Shown here: piece after piece, positions 42,007 through 51,679 of the stretch | Numbering within the stretch: the first letter of the stretch is position 1 | Layout of the letters: each line of letters begins with the position of its first letter | Assembly (NCBI GenBank): GCA_963716725.1 | Contig: CAVQUB010000021.1 | Coordinates: 32,001 to 96,000, forward strand | Reading direction: 5' to 3' | Length of the DNA: 64,000 nt | Origin: an uncultured delta proteobacterium | GTDB lineage: Bacteria; Myxococcota_A; Polyangia; Polyangiales; Polyangiaceae | Notes under the pieces: generated by a model | Database searches by the model: none | Seen by the model: the letters and a program-made list of their open reading frames with translations, nothing else | Told to the model about the DNA's origin: nothing | Program-made: the position numbers and the translations under genes

Positions 42007-44220
42007 GTGCGCCAGGCGGTTGTTTTCGTCTCTTTGCTGTCGCTGACCGGCTGCTCCGACGGCGAGGAAGAGGTCCAGCCAGAGCCGGCTCGGGCGGACC
42101 TCTTCGCCGCCATCGATCCGCGGATCGGTACCGCAGGAGTCGGCTTCGGGGTCGGATCGACCTACCCCGGCCCGGCCGTGCCCTTCGCGATGATCCATCC
42201 TAGCCCGGACACGCGGACCGAGACTGGAGCCCCGAGCTTCTATCACTGCGCGGGCTACTACGCCGAGGACCCCTTCATCAGCGCCTTCTCGCTGCTGCAC
42301 TTCGAGGGCACCGGCGTGCCGGACTACGGGACCATCGGTATCTTGCCCACGCTGGGCATGAGCGAAAAGAAGCGCAGCCAAGCTGGACACATGATCGGCT
42401 TCGACAAAGCCAGCGAAGTGATGAAGCCGGGCTACTACGCGGTGACGCTCGCAGACGGCATTCGAGTGGAGCTGACCTCCAGCGAGCGAGCGGCGATCTT
42501 CCGTTTCACCTTTCCAAGCGACGCGAAGCCGGTGCTGCTCTTGGATCTGGATCACCGGCTCGAGGGTGAGATCGCAGCGGCGGACGTCACGCTCGCCGAA
42601 AGCGGCTTCGACGCCCACGTGCGCCACCTCGGCAACATGTCGGAACGAGCGGGCGGCTACGACCTCTTTGCGCGCGGCCTGCTCGACGTGACGCCGACGG
42701 CGGTGGGCACCTTCGACGCCGGGGGCCTCTCGCCCGGGAAGCCCATCGCCACCGGCGTTCCGCTGGGCGCGTGGTTGGAGTTGCCCGCGGGCACGACGAC
42801 GGCGACGCTGCGGATCGCGGGGAGCTTCGTGGACGCCGCCGGCGCCCAGAAGAACCTCGCGACCGAAGCGCCGAACTTCGATTTCGAAGGCATGCAAAGC
42901 GCTGCCGAGGACCGTTGGCGCGCCGTCACCGACCGCTTCGAAATCTGGGGTGCTTCGAGCTACGACACGACCGTGATGGCCACCGCGCTCTATCACGCGC
43001 TGCTCATGCCGACGCTGATGAGCGACGTCGACGGGCGCTTCGTCGACGTGCACGGCAAGGTGGCCAAGAGCAACCGCCGTCGCTACAACGACTTCTCCCT
43101 CTGGGACACCTACCGCACGCTCCACCCCTGGCTGCTGCTCTCCGAAGACGAGCGCAACGAGGACTTCGCGGCGTCGCTGGTGAACATGGCCAAAGAGGGC
43201 GGCGCAGTGCCGGTCTGGGGCATCGCGCACGGCGACTCGCACACCATGGTCGGATCGCCCGGCGAGATCGTGCTGGCGGAGTCCGCGCTCAAGGGCGTGG
43301 CCTTCGACGACGAAGCCGCAGCCTTCGATCTGGCTCGGGTCGCGGCCTTCGGCCCGTCCCCGGGTCCGGTCGGCGGCCGCGACGCCGATCTCGGCTCGTA
43401 CCTCGAAAAAGGCTTCATCCCCTCGGAGGTCTCCAACGGATCGGTGTCGAAGACCCAGGAGTACGCCGTGGCCGACGCCGCCCTGGGGCTCTGGGCCGCT
43501 CGCCTCGGCAAGACCGCCGACGCGAGCACGCTGTCGAAGCGCGGACGCAACTACGCAAACGTGTACGACCCCGGGATCGGGTTCTTCCGGCCGCGCAAGG
43601 GCGACGGCAGCTGGGGCGCACTCGGGGATCCGACCGCGCTGGACAAGGCCTACGTCGAAGGCAACGCTTGGCACTACCTGTGGATGGTGCCGCACGATCC
43701 CGAAGGTCTGGCGGAGACCCTGGGCGGCGAGAGCGCAGCGCTCGAACGCCTGCGCGATTTCTTCGCCGCGAGCAAAGAGGACGTGCCCATCTTGGGCGTG
43801 CGCGCGCACTACTGGCCGAGCAACGAGCCGGACATCAGCGCGCCGTGGTTCTTTGCAGCGTGGGGCTCGCCGGCCGAGACCTGGTCCACGGTTGACTGGG
43901 TGGTCACCGAGCTCTACGGCGACGGCGTCGACGGCCTGCCGGGCAACGACGACGGCGGCACGATGAGCGCGTGGCTGCTCTTCGCGGCGACCGGGCTCTA
44001 TCCTCTGCCGGGCACCGATCGCTACATCGTCTCGCCGCCGCGCTACTCGAAGGTGGTGCTGCGCCGACCGAGCGGCGACCTGACCGTGAAGGCGTCACCC
44101 GCGCCAAAGCCAGGCCTGAAGGTCGAAGCGGTGACTCTCGACGGCGTGCAGGTGTCGACCCGTACGCTCACCCACGCCGAGCTCGAAGGAGCCCGCGTAC
44201 TCAGCTTCGAGCTGCGCTGA
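42007..44220 (+). CDS. GH92 alpha-1,2-mannosidase family lipoprotein
   Basis: DPRIGT, PGPAVPF, SLWDTYR, SKTQEYA, EGNAWHY, NEP, PGNDDGGTMSAW. Confidence 0.93.
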   Translation: MRQAVVFVSLLSLTGCSDGEEEVQPEPARADLFAAIDPRIGTAGVGFGVGSTYPGPAVPFAMIHPSPDTRTETGAPSFYHCAGYYAEDPFISAFSLLHFEGTGVPDYGTIGILPTLGMSEKKRSQAGHMIGFDKASEVMKPGYYAVTLADGIRVELTSSERAAIFRFTFPSDAKPVLLLDLDHRLEGEIAAADVTLAESGFDAHVRHLGNMSERAGGYDLFARGLLDVTPTAVGTFDAGGLSPGKPIATGVPLGAWLELPAGTTTATLRIAGSFVDAAGAQKNLATEAPNFDFEGMQSAAEDRWRAVTDRFEIWGASSYDTTVMATALYHALLMPTLMSDVDGRFVDVHGKVAKSNRRRYNDFSLWDTYRTLHPWLLLSEDERNEDFAASLVNMAKEGGAVPVWGIAHGDSHTMVGSPGEIVLAESALKGVAFDDEAAAFDLARVAAFGPSPGPVGGRDADLGSYLEKGFIPSEVSNGSVSKTQEYAVADAALGLWAARLGKTADASTLSKRGRNYANVYDPGIGFFRPRKGDGSWGALGDPTALDKAYVEGNAWHYLWMVPHDPEGLAETLGGESAALERLRDFFAASKEDVPILGVRAHYWPSNEPDISAPWFFAAWGSPAETWSTVDWVVTELYGDGVDGLPGNDDGGTMSAWLLFAATGLYPLPGTDRYIVSPPRYSKVVLRRPSGDLTVKASPAPKPGLKVEAVTLDGVQVSTRTLTHAELEGARVLSFELR

Positions 44221-44230
44221 CCGAGAAATC

Positions 44231-44392
44231 TCAGGCGGCGTGCTTGCCGGGCACGAGGGTCGTGTTTCGCTGCGCCTCGGGCGGACGTGTGCGACGCGCG
44301 CGCTCACGGGCGCGGATGAAGACGACCCGAAGCTCGGCGGTGGACAGGGTGGCTAGCCAGGGAGTCTTCGGAGAGTTGCTGCGCCGGGTCAT
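44231..44392 (-). CDS. Candidate 53-aa basic protein (below the ORF-track cutoff)
   Basis: MTRRSNSPKTPWLATLSTAELRVVFIRARERARR...; GAGG 8 nt upstream; occupies an otherwise empty gap. Confidence 0.35.
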   Translation of the reverse strand: MTRRSNSPKTPWLATLSTAELRVVFIRARERARRTRPPEAQRNTTLVPGKHAA

Positions 44393-44565
44393 GACAGATG
44401 CCTCAAAGGGAATCAGTGCATGCGCCGTGCCGGCGGCCAGCCGCTGGGGCTTCGGGCGTTTTCCACGGCTTTTCGGGGTTCAGCCCCACGGCGGCGTGTG
44501 CGGATCCTCACACCCCCCGTGTCCTGGCGATCAGACCTGGGGTTCCCAGTGCCATACTTCGCCGG

Positions 44566-45150
44566 ATGCGGCGTGTCGCTGGCCTATCCCTGATGCTGGT
44601 CGCCTGTGGCGGCGGCGAGGGTGACGGGCCGCCGAACGTCGATGCGGGCGCGGGCGCGGGCGGCGGCGGCGGCGCCCCGCCCTCGAAGGTCGCCTTCGTC
44701 AGCTCGACCGAGTACACGCCGGACTTCGGATTGGCGGAAGCAGCGGACGCGCTGTGCACCGAGCGCGCGAGCTTCGTCGGACTCCCCGGCAGCTTCCGTG
44801 CCTGGCTGAGCGACGCTAGTTCGTCTCCGAGTTCGCGCTTCTCGAGGCCCCTCGGCAACTACGTTCGCGTCAAAGGCGCGGTCATCGCCAAGGGTTGGGT
44901 GGGCCTCACTACCGAAGTCCTGAAAGTCCCCCTCGACTACGACGAGTTCGGTGACGAGACCTTGCTCGGCTTCACGGCTTGGACGGGGACAGACGCCGAC
45001 GGGGCAGCCACGAGTCAAGATTGCTCGACCTGGAGCGGCAAGGGTCAGGGCACCTTTGGGGACATTCGCGCCTACGATCAGAGCTGGACCAAGATGCCGA
45101 GCCCGGCAGGGTGCGGTGGGTTTGGACACCTCTACTGCTTCGAGCAGTGA
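44566..45150 (+). CDS. Lipoprotein with DUF1554/endostatin-like C-type-lectin-fold domain
   Basis: LVAC lipobox; AFVSS, ADALC..A, FRAWLS, WTGT..DG, C..W, LYCFEQ. Confidence 0.8.
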   Translation: MRRVAGLSLMLVACGGGEGDGPPNVDAGAGAGGGGGAPPSKVAFVSSTEYTPDFGLAEAADALCTERASFVGLPGSFRAWLSDASSSPSSRFSRPLGNYVRVKGAVIAKGWVGLTTEVLKVPLDYDEFGDETLLGFTAWTGTDADGAATSQDCSTWSGKGQGTFGDIRAYDQSWTKMPSPAGCGGFGHLYCFEQ

Positions 45151-45152
45151 GC

Positions 45153-46115
45153 TCAGATCCGAAGGCCGAGCACGGACCCGGTGAGCGCCGCAGCCACGGC
45201 CGCCGCCAGGGGAACGGACAAGTTGTCGTCGATGCGAACGCTGGCGGCTTCGGCCACCGCGCCTGCTGCGCCCGCGGCCACCGAGACGGCGATCAGCGCG
45301 GGGATTGGCGCAGCGCCGTGCCAGAGCAGGAGCACGGCGAAGGCGGCAAGAGAGCCGAACAGAGCAAACGCCAGGGTGCCTTCGAGCGTGCGACCACCGG
45401 CCAGTTGCCGGCGCCCCCAGCGACGGCCGACCAGGCCCGCGGCCGGATCACCGACGCCGAGGACCGCCAAGGCTGCGGCCGACGCGAACGACGGACTGAC
45501 GAAGGCCAGGATCACCAGCGCCGTGCCGTACCAGGTCGCAGAGTTGACGTGATGGTGCTCGTGGGGATGGATGATGGCCCGAAAGAAGCGCACGCGCATC
45601 AGCCGCTCGTTCCAACGCTTGCTGATCACGCGCCCAGTCTCGTTCACCCAGCAGTAGACGGCGAACGCGCCGGTGGCCCACAGCGTCCCGGTGCGGGACA
45701 GGAACACCTCGAGCAGAAGCAGCGCGCCGACGGCGGAGCTGACGTGGAAACCGATGCGCGGCCAGTTGGTGGGGCGCAGCGTGGGAGCGCGCACCGAACG
45801 ACGTCGAAGCTCGCCGGCCAGGCGCTCATAGACGGCCATCAGGTGCGGGCGGAGCCGGAGCCAATAGCTGGCGGACTCGGAGGTCTCGATGGCCGCCTCA
45901 TCCATCAGGGCTCGCAGGGTCGCGACGGACTCGCTGATGGGCGGCGGCGCTGCGGTCTCGGTCGAGAGTTCTTCGACCGACGCCCGGATCCGCGACCAGC
46001 GCTCCTTGGCGCGGGTGCTCATCGCGTGGGTGAAGCTGGCCGGATCCGTCTCTCGGAGCAACGCGAAGAGCTCGCTGGCGAGGTCTCCGGTCTGAGTCAG
46101 CGTCGCCGTGTTCAT
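45153..46115 (-). CDS. Phytol/dolichol/diacylglycerol kinase-like membrane protein (CTP-dependent)
   Basis: R..FH, VLGVGDPAAGLVGRRWG, RTLEG, AE..DDNLSVP. Confidence 0.8.
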   Translation of the reverse strand: MNTATLTQTGDLASELFALLRETDPASFTHAMSTRAKERWSRIRASVEELSTETAAPPPISESVATLRALMDEAAIETSESASYWLRLRPHLMAVYERLAGELRRRSVRAPTLRPTNWPRIGFHVSSAVGALLLLEVFLSRTGTLWATGAFAVYCWVNETGRVISKRWNERLMRVRFFRAIIHPHEHHHVNSATWYGTALVILAFVSPSFASAAALAVLGVGDPAAGLVGRRWGRRQLAGGRTLEGTLAFALFGSLAAFAVLLLWHGAAPIPALIAVSVAAGAAGAVAEAASVRIDDNLSVPLAAAVAAALTGSVLGLRI

Positions 46116-46213
46116 CCAAGGGTTCACCTAGCGCAAAACGGTCTCCGCGGCGAGATTGTCGATGGTCGCGCGAACGGACCTTCGCACTCTTGTCAGGAAT
46201 TGGTCATTTTGGA

Positions 46214-46846
46214 TCACCGCTGCTTCATGCGTGCCGTCGTGACCCACTCGTCCCAGGTGCTCGACCAGCCGTCGTAGTGGATCAAATATTTGTCCGCTTT
46301 GACGCTGAGCACGCTGGCGGGCCACCACTTGCCTTTCCAGAGGACCGCGACCTTCGCGCCGGCTGCGTAGGCGGCCTTCTTTGGCGCCGGCGGCCCCGCG
46401 TCGATCGGCGGCGCGAGCATCACCCCCGACGCGGTGGGCATGAGGTTGGGCACAGGCCTCGCGGCCACACGGGTCGGCGAGGCACTGCCGGCGGGAGCGC
46501 CGGTGGCAACGAGCTCCGGGGTCGGAGGCGTCAGCTCTGGACCGACCAACGGCTTGGACGAGTCGATGTAGTACGGCGCGAAGCTGGTCTCGGTCAGCCA
46601 CGCTGCCAGCATCGGCTTCCACTCGGCTGCGTCGAGTCCGGTGTCCCGCAGCGACGCCTCGACCGCGAGGCTGGCGACCTTGGCGCACGAGTGCTCGCCC
46701 GGTCGCACCCCGGCTTCTTCGGTGAGCTTGCGGCAGGTCGCGAACACCTTCTCGTACTTGCCGAGCAGGCGCTGGGCCCGCATCTTGGGCGTGCACCCGC
46801 CCGCGAAGAGCGCGACCACGAGCAGGAGCCCTCCGATTCGCCGCAT
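46214..46846 (-). CDS. Lipoprotein with C-terminal Tudor-knot/Agenet-like domain
   Basis: AGGC lipobox; VAVLWKGKWWPASV..YLIHYDGWSSTWDEWV. Confidence 0.75.
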   Translation of the reverse strand: MRRIGGLLLVVALFAGGCTPKMRAQRLLGKYEKVFATCRKLTEEAGVRPGEHSCAKVASLAVEASLRDTGLDAAEWKPMLAAWLTETSFAPYYIDSSKPLVGPELTPPTPELVATGAPAGSASPTRVAARPVPNLMPTASGVMLAPPIDAGPPAPKKAAYAAGAKVAVLWKGKWWPASVLSVKADKYLIHYDGWSSTWDEWVTTARMKQR

Positions 46847-47049
46847 CTCGTATCAGCGTGGAGCCGACCCGCGAGCTTCGTCAAGCGACCGCGGCTGTAA
46901 GGCCGCTGTGTTGCCCGGCGTTGACGGGGCACCGCCGTGTCATTTCGCGAGAGGCTCCCGAAGAACTTGGTCGTCGTCGCACTCGGGCTCACGGCCGCGC
47001 TGGGACCCGCGTGCCGCAAGTCCACGGACGGCGACGCGCTCTCCGGGTC

Positions 47050-47333
47050 ACGAGCACCTCGTCAACGGGTCCGCGTCGGTGCTCTTTCTGCGCAATGACC
47101 TGCTCCGGTTCAGCGAGCTGGGCACCCTGGGCGCGCGGCCCGACGGCAACGGCGACGACGGCTGTCGCGCCTCGTGCGTGGACTGGTACGGCAACGCTCG
47201 GCCCTTGTTCCTGCGAAACCGCGTGTTGGCCCTGCTCGGATACGAGATCGTCGAGGGAGAGCTCGACGGCGGCCGCATCAAAGAGACGCGGCGGGTGAGC
47301 TTCGCGCCACGACGCACGCAGATCGCGCGCTAG
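47050..47333 (+). pseudogene. Orphan C-terminal fragment of a secreted beta-propeller-type protein
   Basis: DDGCRASCVDWYGNARPLFL..LLGYEIVEG with no credible N-terminus. Confidence 0.5.
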
Positions 47334-47451
47334 CTGCAAGGGCGGAGGGCAACTGCGCAGCGCGCAATCCGGCGCCCCTGCTCACGCGTGACGCAGCGCG
47401 AGATGCGCTTTGTCAGGTGCCTTCGGGCGTTCCCGTGGCAGGCTCGGGACC

Positions 47452-48759
47452 ATGACGACCGACCTCACCGAGTTCGTCCGTCCCGCCGCCGGCGTGACGC
47501 GCGTTTCCAGCATGGCTTCCGGCATCGTCGGATCGGAGATCTTGAAGATCGCCGCAGACATCCGCGCGATGGTCCAGAAGGGGCAGAAGATCTGCAATTT
47601 CACCGTCGGCGACTTCGACCCGCGGGAGTTTCCCATCCCCGACGCGCTCCAGAAAGGCATCGTCGAGGCCTACGAGGCGCACGAGACCAACTACCCGCCG
47701 TCCAATGGCATGCCGGAGCTGCGAAGCGCGGTGCAGCGCTTCTACGCGCGTGAGCTCGGGCTCGAAGTGCCGATCGAGTCCATGCTTGATCTGCGGCGGC
47801 GCGCGGCCCGTCATCTACGGCGTGTATCGCACGCTCGTCGATCCCGGCGACGTGGTCGTGTTCCCCGCTGCCGAGCTGGAACAACAACCACTACGTGCAG
47901 ATGACGGGCGCCCGCGGGGTCGCCGTCAAGTGCGGCGCCGAGACGCGCTTCCTGCCGACGCGCGAGAGCATGCTCGTCGAGCCTGGGCGAGGCGCGTCTC
48001 GTGTGTCTCAACTCGCCGCTCAATCCGACCGGCACGGCCATGAGCCGCGACATGCTCGCCGGCATCTCCGAGGCCATCTTGAGCGAGAACGAGAAGCGGG
48101 AGAAGACCGGAAAACGCCCGGTGTTCCTGATGTACGATCAGATCTACTGGATGCTCACCGCGGACGGGGCCAGCCACGTGACTCCGCCGGGCATCGACCC
48201 CGAGATGGCGCGCTACACCATCTTCGTGGACGGGATCAGCAAGGCGTTCGCCGCCACGGGAGTGCGGGTCGGCTGGGCCGTGGGCCCGGTCGACGTCATC
48301 GACCGCATGAGCTCGATCTTGGGTCACGTCGGGGCGTGGGCGCCCCGCGCCGAGCAGGTCGCGACCGCAAAGTTTCTCGACGACACGGCGAGCATCAAGA
48401 CCTACGTCCGCGAGATCAAGCAGGGCATCGTGGGTCGCCTGAACGCTCTGCACGAAGGCTTCCAGGCGTTCAAGGCCCAGGGACTTCCGGTCGACAGCTT
48501 GTCTCCCGAAGGCGCGATCTACCTGACGGTGCGCGTCGCGCCCTTCGGCAAGAAGACCCCGGACGGCACGCTGCTCTCCAGCAATGAAGACATCCGCAAG
48601 CTGCTGCTCGATCGAGCGGGAGTGGGCGTCGTTCCCTTCCAGGCCTTTGGCTACCCGGACGACGACGGCTGGTTCCGCCTGAGCGTGGGCGCGGTGTCCC
48701 TGCGCGAGGTCCAGGACGCGCTGCCACGCATCGGCGAGGCGCTGCGCGCCCTGGCCTGA
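47452..48759 (+). CDS. PLP-dependent aminotransferase class I/II; frameshifted at about 47780-47990
   Basis: NFTVGDFD, YPPSNG..LR, NSPLNPTG, DQIY, DGISKAFAATGVRVGW, FRLS. Confidence 0.9.
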
Positions 48760-48854
48760 CTGGTGGGAGCTGCTCCCACACCCACCCCGTCATTTTCCGT
48801 CCGATCCTTGGCCCGGCGCCCCGATTTCGACTCTTTGTCGGCCGGGGACGTCCC

Positions 48855-49388
48855 ATGGACGACGGAAGCTTCTACTTCGAGCCCGAGCTCGACAGCGGTG
48901 TGTTCGCCCGACAGCAGGGTGACGCGGCGGGCCTGGCAGCGCGCGCGCGCTACGCGGTCGATTGCGAAGTCGCCGCCGTCGTCGATCTGACGGGTGCCGT
49001 GGCGAAGCTCGGAGTTTCGGGCTCCCCCCTCGAGCTCAGCGACGAAAAGCAGGCTGTGCTCATGGCCTGGTTGCAAGAAGTCGACTCCTGCGCCCTGCGC
49101 CCGACACCGCCACGGTTGGCGCTGGCCTTCGGGTGTCACGAGCTCTTGGTGGTGCCGATCTGGTCGCCCGTCGCACTGGTCGGCGTGATCGCAGTCTCGA
49201 CGCCCGCTGCCGTGCGGCGTCCGGCCACCATCTTGGAGGCGCTCGCCGCCGAGTGGGCGTTGACGCTCGAGGAAGAGGAGCGCCGATCGTCGCGGGTGGA
49301 ACGCGCGCGCTCCGAATGCGAGACCGAACGAGCGCCCGCGCCGGAGTCCGAGCTCGATTACGCAGTAATTCACGCCGGCCGCTGGTGA
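48855..49388 (+). CDS. Hypothetical protein
   Basis: 177-aa ORF co-oriented with neighbours; no motif recognised. Confidence 0.5.
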   Translation: MDDGSFYFEPELDSGVFARQQGDAAGLAARARYAVDCEVAAVVDLTGAVAKLGVSGSPLELSDEKQAVLMAWLQEVDSCALRPTPPRLALAFGCHELLVVPIWSPVALVGVIAVSTPAAVRRPATILEALAAEWALTLEEEERRSSRVERARSECETERAPAPESELDYAVIHAGRW

Positions 49389-49466
49389 TTGTGCTCGCAC
49401 ATCGGGCGCCGATGAGTATGCTCCCGCCCCCTGAACGGCCCTCGGGCCCACGAGACGAGGTACGCG

Positions 49467-49934
49467 GTGCTGGTTCGAGAAGTGATGACGCACAAGGTGC
49501 TGACGGCCGGCTCTGACTGGACGTTGGCAGAGCTCAAGACCTTCCTGCTCGAGCACAGCATCAGCGGCGCCCCGGTGGTCGACGCCCACGGCAAGCTAGT
49601 CGGGGTCGTATCGGCGACCGACGTGATGCGCTCCGAGGACACGCCAGAGATGACCGAGGGCGGCTACTTCGCGACCTCGCTCGATTGTCCGCTCGGCGAA
49701 GAAGAGCTGAGCTCGCTCATCATCGAGGGTGCGCCGTCTCAGATCGTGGGCGACGTGATGACCCCGGTGGTCTTCCAGATCGCCGCCGACGCGCCCGTGG
49801 ACGAAGCCGCTGACACCATGGCGCGGGGGCGCATCCACCGCATCGTCGTCACCGAAGGCGACGCCGTCGTGGGCATCGTCACGGCGCTCGACCTGGTGCG
49901 AGTGCTGCGCGACGTCTTGCGGCAGAACCGCTGA
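49467..49934 (+). CDS. CBS domain protein
   Basis: VREVMT, ISGAPVVD..GKLVGVVS..D, VGDVMT, IHRIVV..VGIVT..D. Confidence 0.92.
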   Translation: MLVREVMTHKVLTAGSDWTLAELKTFLLEHSISGAPVVDAHGKLVGVVSATDVMRSEDTPEMTEGGYFATSLDCPLGEEELSSLIIEGAPSQIVGDVMTPVVFQIAADAPVDEAADTMARGRIHRIVVTEGDAVVGIVTALDLVRVLRDVLRQNR

Positions 49935-49948
49935 GTGGGCGCTCGCTG

Positions 49949-51304
49949 ATGTCGTCCGGCGAGGGCAATCGCGCGGTGCTCATCGCGGTGAGGCACCCCG
50001 ACGTCAGCGAGGCCGAGCTCGACGCGAGCCTCGCCGAGCTGGGGCGCCTGGTGAAGACGCTGGGCTACCGCGTGGTGGATTGGGTGACACAGCCCCGCGC
50101 CACCCTCGCCCCGGGAGCCGTGCTTGGGGAAGGAAAGCTAGCGGAGCTGGCCGAGCTCACCGGCGGCAGCGGGAAGTCGGGCACGCCGCTTCCGCTCCGG
50201 AAGTTGAGCAAGGCTCGGCGCCGACGCGAGCCCGAAGCAGACGCCAGCGGGCCGGAAGAACCCGCCGAGGACAGCGAGCCGAAGATCGCCCTGGTCGCGG
50301 TCGATCACGACATTTCACCCAGTCAGGCTCGCAACCTCGAGCGTGCGACGGGATCGGCGGTTTTGGACCGAACCGGGGTCATCATCGAGATTTTTCATCG
50401 CCACGCCAAGAGCCGCGAAGCGCGGTTGCAAGTCGAGATCGCGCGACTCGCCTACACCGCCCCGCGCCTCCGGGAATCGCCCGCCGGAAGAGAGCGACAA
50501 GCCGGTCGCGGCGCGGGTGAAGCCGCGCTCGAGCTCGATCGACGCAAGATCCGCGACCGCATCGCCGAGCTCAGAGCCGAGCTTGCGGCTATCCAGCGCG
50601 ACCACGGCGTGCGGCGCGCCCACCGGCGCGATGCTCGTCGTGTGGCCTTGGTGGGGTACACCAATGCCGGCAAGAGTTCCCTCATGCGTGCGCTGACTGC
50701 CAGTCAGGTCCACGTAGAAGACAAGCTCTTCGCCACCCTCGACACCACGGTGCGTGCGCTCTCGCCCGAGACGAAACCCCGCATCTTGGTCAGCGACACG
50801 GTCGGCTTCATCAAGAAGCTGCCCCACGACTTGGTCGCGAGCTTCAAATCCACGCTCGACGAAGCCCTCGAAGCGTCGCTGTTGCTCCACGTGGTGGACG
50901 CCAGCGATCCGAGCTGGGAGAGCCAGCTCGAGGTCACCCGGGCGGTGTTGGCCGAGATCGGCGCCGAGGGGCTGCCGATGCGCGTGGTGATGAACAAGAT
51001 CGACAAGCTGGGCGCCGAGGAACTCGAGGAGCTGCGGCGCCAATGGCCGAATGCTTGGTTCTCGTCAGCGCACGATCCGGCCGACGTGATCCGGGTGCGC
51101 GACGCGTTGGTAGCCTTCTTCGAAGAGGACTACCTCGAGAGCGAACTCTTCGTGCCCTGGACGGCCCAGCGACTGGTCGCCGAAATGCACGAGGTCGGTC
51201 GCGTGCTCGAGGAACGCTACGGCGAAGATGGAGTGACCGTTCGCCTGCTCGCCGACGCTCCAACGCTCGCACGGCTGCGCTCGGCGCTCGCGGATGGATC
51301 GTAG
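49949..51304 (+). CDS. hflX: GTPase HflX
   Basis: SPSQARNLE, DRT..I.EIF..HA, LVGYTNAGKSSL, DKLFATLD, SDTVGF, NKID. Confidence 0.96.
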   Translation: MSSGEGNRAVLIAVRHPDVSEAELDASLAELGRLVKTLGYRVVDWVTQPRATLAPGAVLGEGKLAELAELTGGSGKSGTPLPLRKLSKARRRREPEADASGPEEPAEDSEPKIALVAVDHDISPSQARNLERATGSAVLDRTGVIIEIFHRHAKSREARLQVEIARLAYTAPRLRESPAGRERQAGRGAGEAALELDRRKIRDRIAELRAELAAIQRDHGVRRAHRRDARRVALVGYTNAGKSSLMRALTASQVHVEDKLFATLDTTVRALSPETKPRILVSDTVGFIKKLPHDLVASFKSTLDEALEASLLLHVVDASDPSWESQLEVTRAVLAEIGAEGLPMRVVMNKIDKLGAEELEELRRQWPNAWFSSAHDPADVIRVRDALVAFFEEDYLESELFVPWTAQRLVAEMHEVGRVLEERYGEDGVTVRLLADAPTLARLRSALADGS

Positions 51305-51331
51305 CCCCGGGCGGCGAGGGCGACGAGACGC

Positions 51332-51529
51332 TCAGCCTTGGTGACGAAGTAGGGTCGTCACCTTGCCGAGCTCGCCCTCCCAGGTCTCGGTGTGGCGCGA
51401 ATCGCTGTGCGACCCGTCGTGTCCGGCGGGCGCGTCGCAAACCAGCTCTGCGCGGCGCTGCGCCACGTTGGTGGACGTGCCGGTGACGCTCCTCGTGACG
51501 ATGAGAACTGCTTTGGCTCCGCAAGTCAT
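51332..51529 (-). CDS. Candidate 65-aa protein with Cys/His residues
   Basis: MTCGAK...LVCDAPAGHDGSH..H..W, the C-terminal part of ORF 51332..51907. Confidence 0.4.
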   Translation of the reverse strand: MTCGAKAVLIVTRSVTGTSTNVAQRRAELVCDAPAGHDGSHSDSRHTETWEGELGKVTTLLRHQG

Positions 51530-51679
51530 CTGTGGACGCCATGGCTTACCCCCGCTCGCTGCTTGGGAGAAGCCCCCAGCGGTTTCCAGGGCCATTACCC
51601 GCGGAGACCACCGCCACCTGGCCCGATCTGGATCCGGCGTGATAGCCTTTGTCGACCTAAGTCCTCTCTTACTTGCGCC

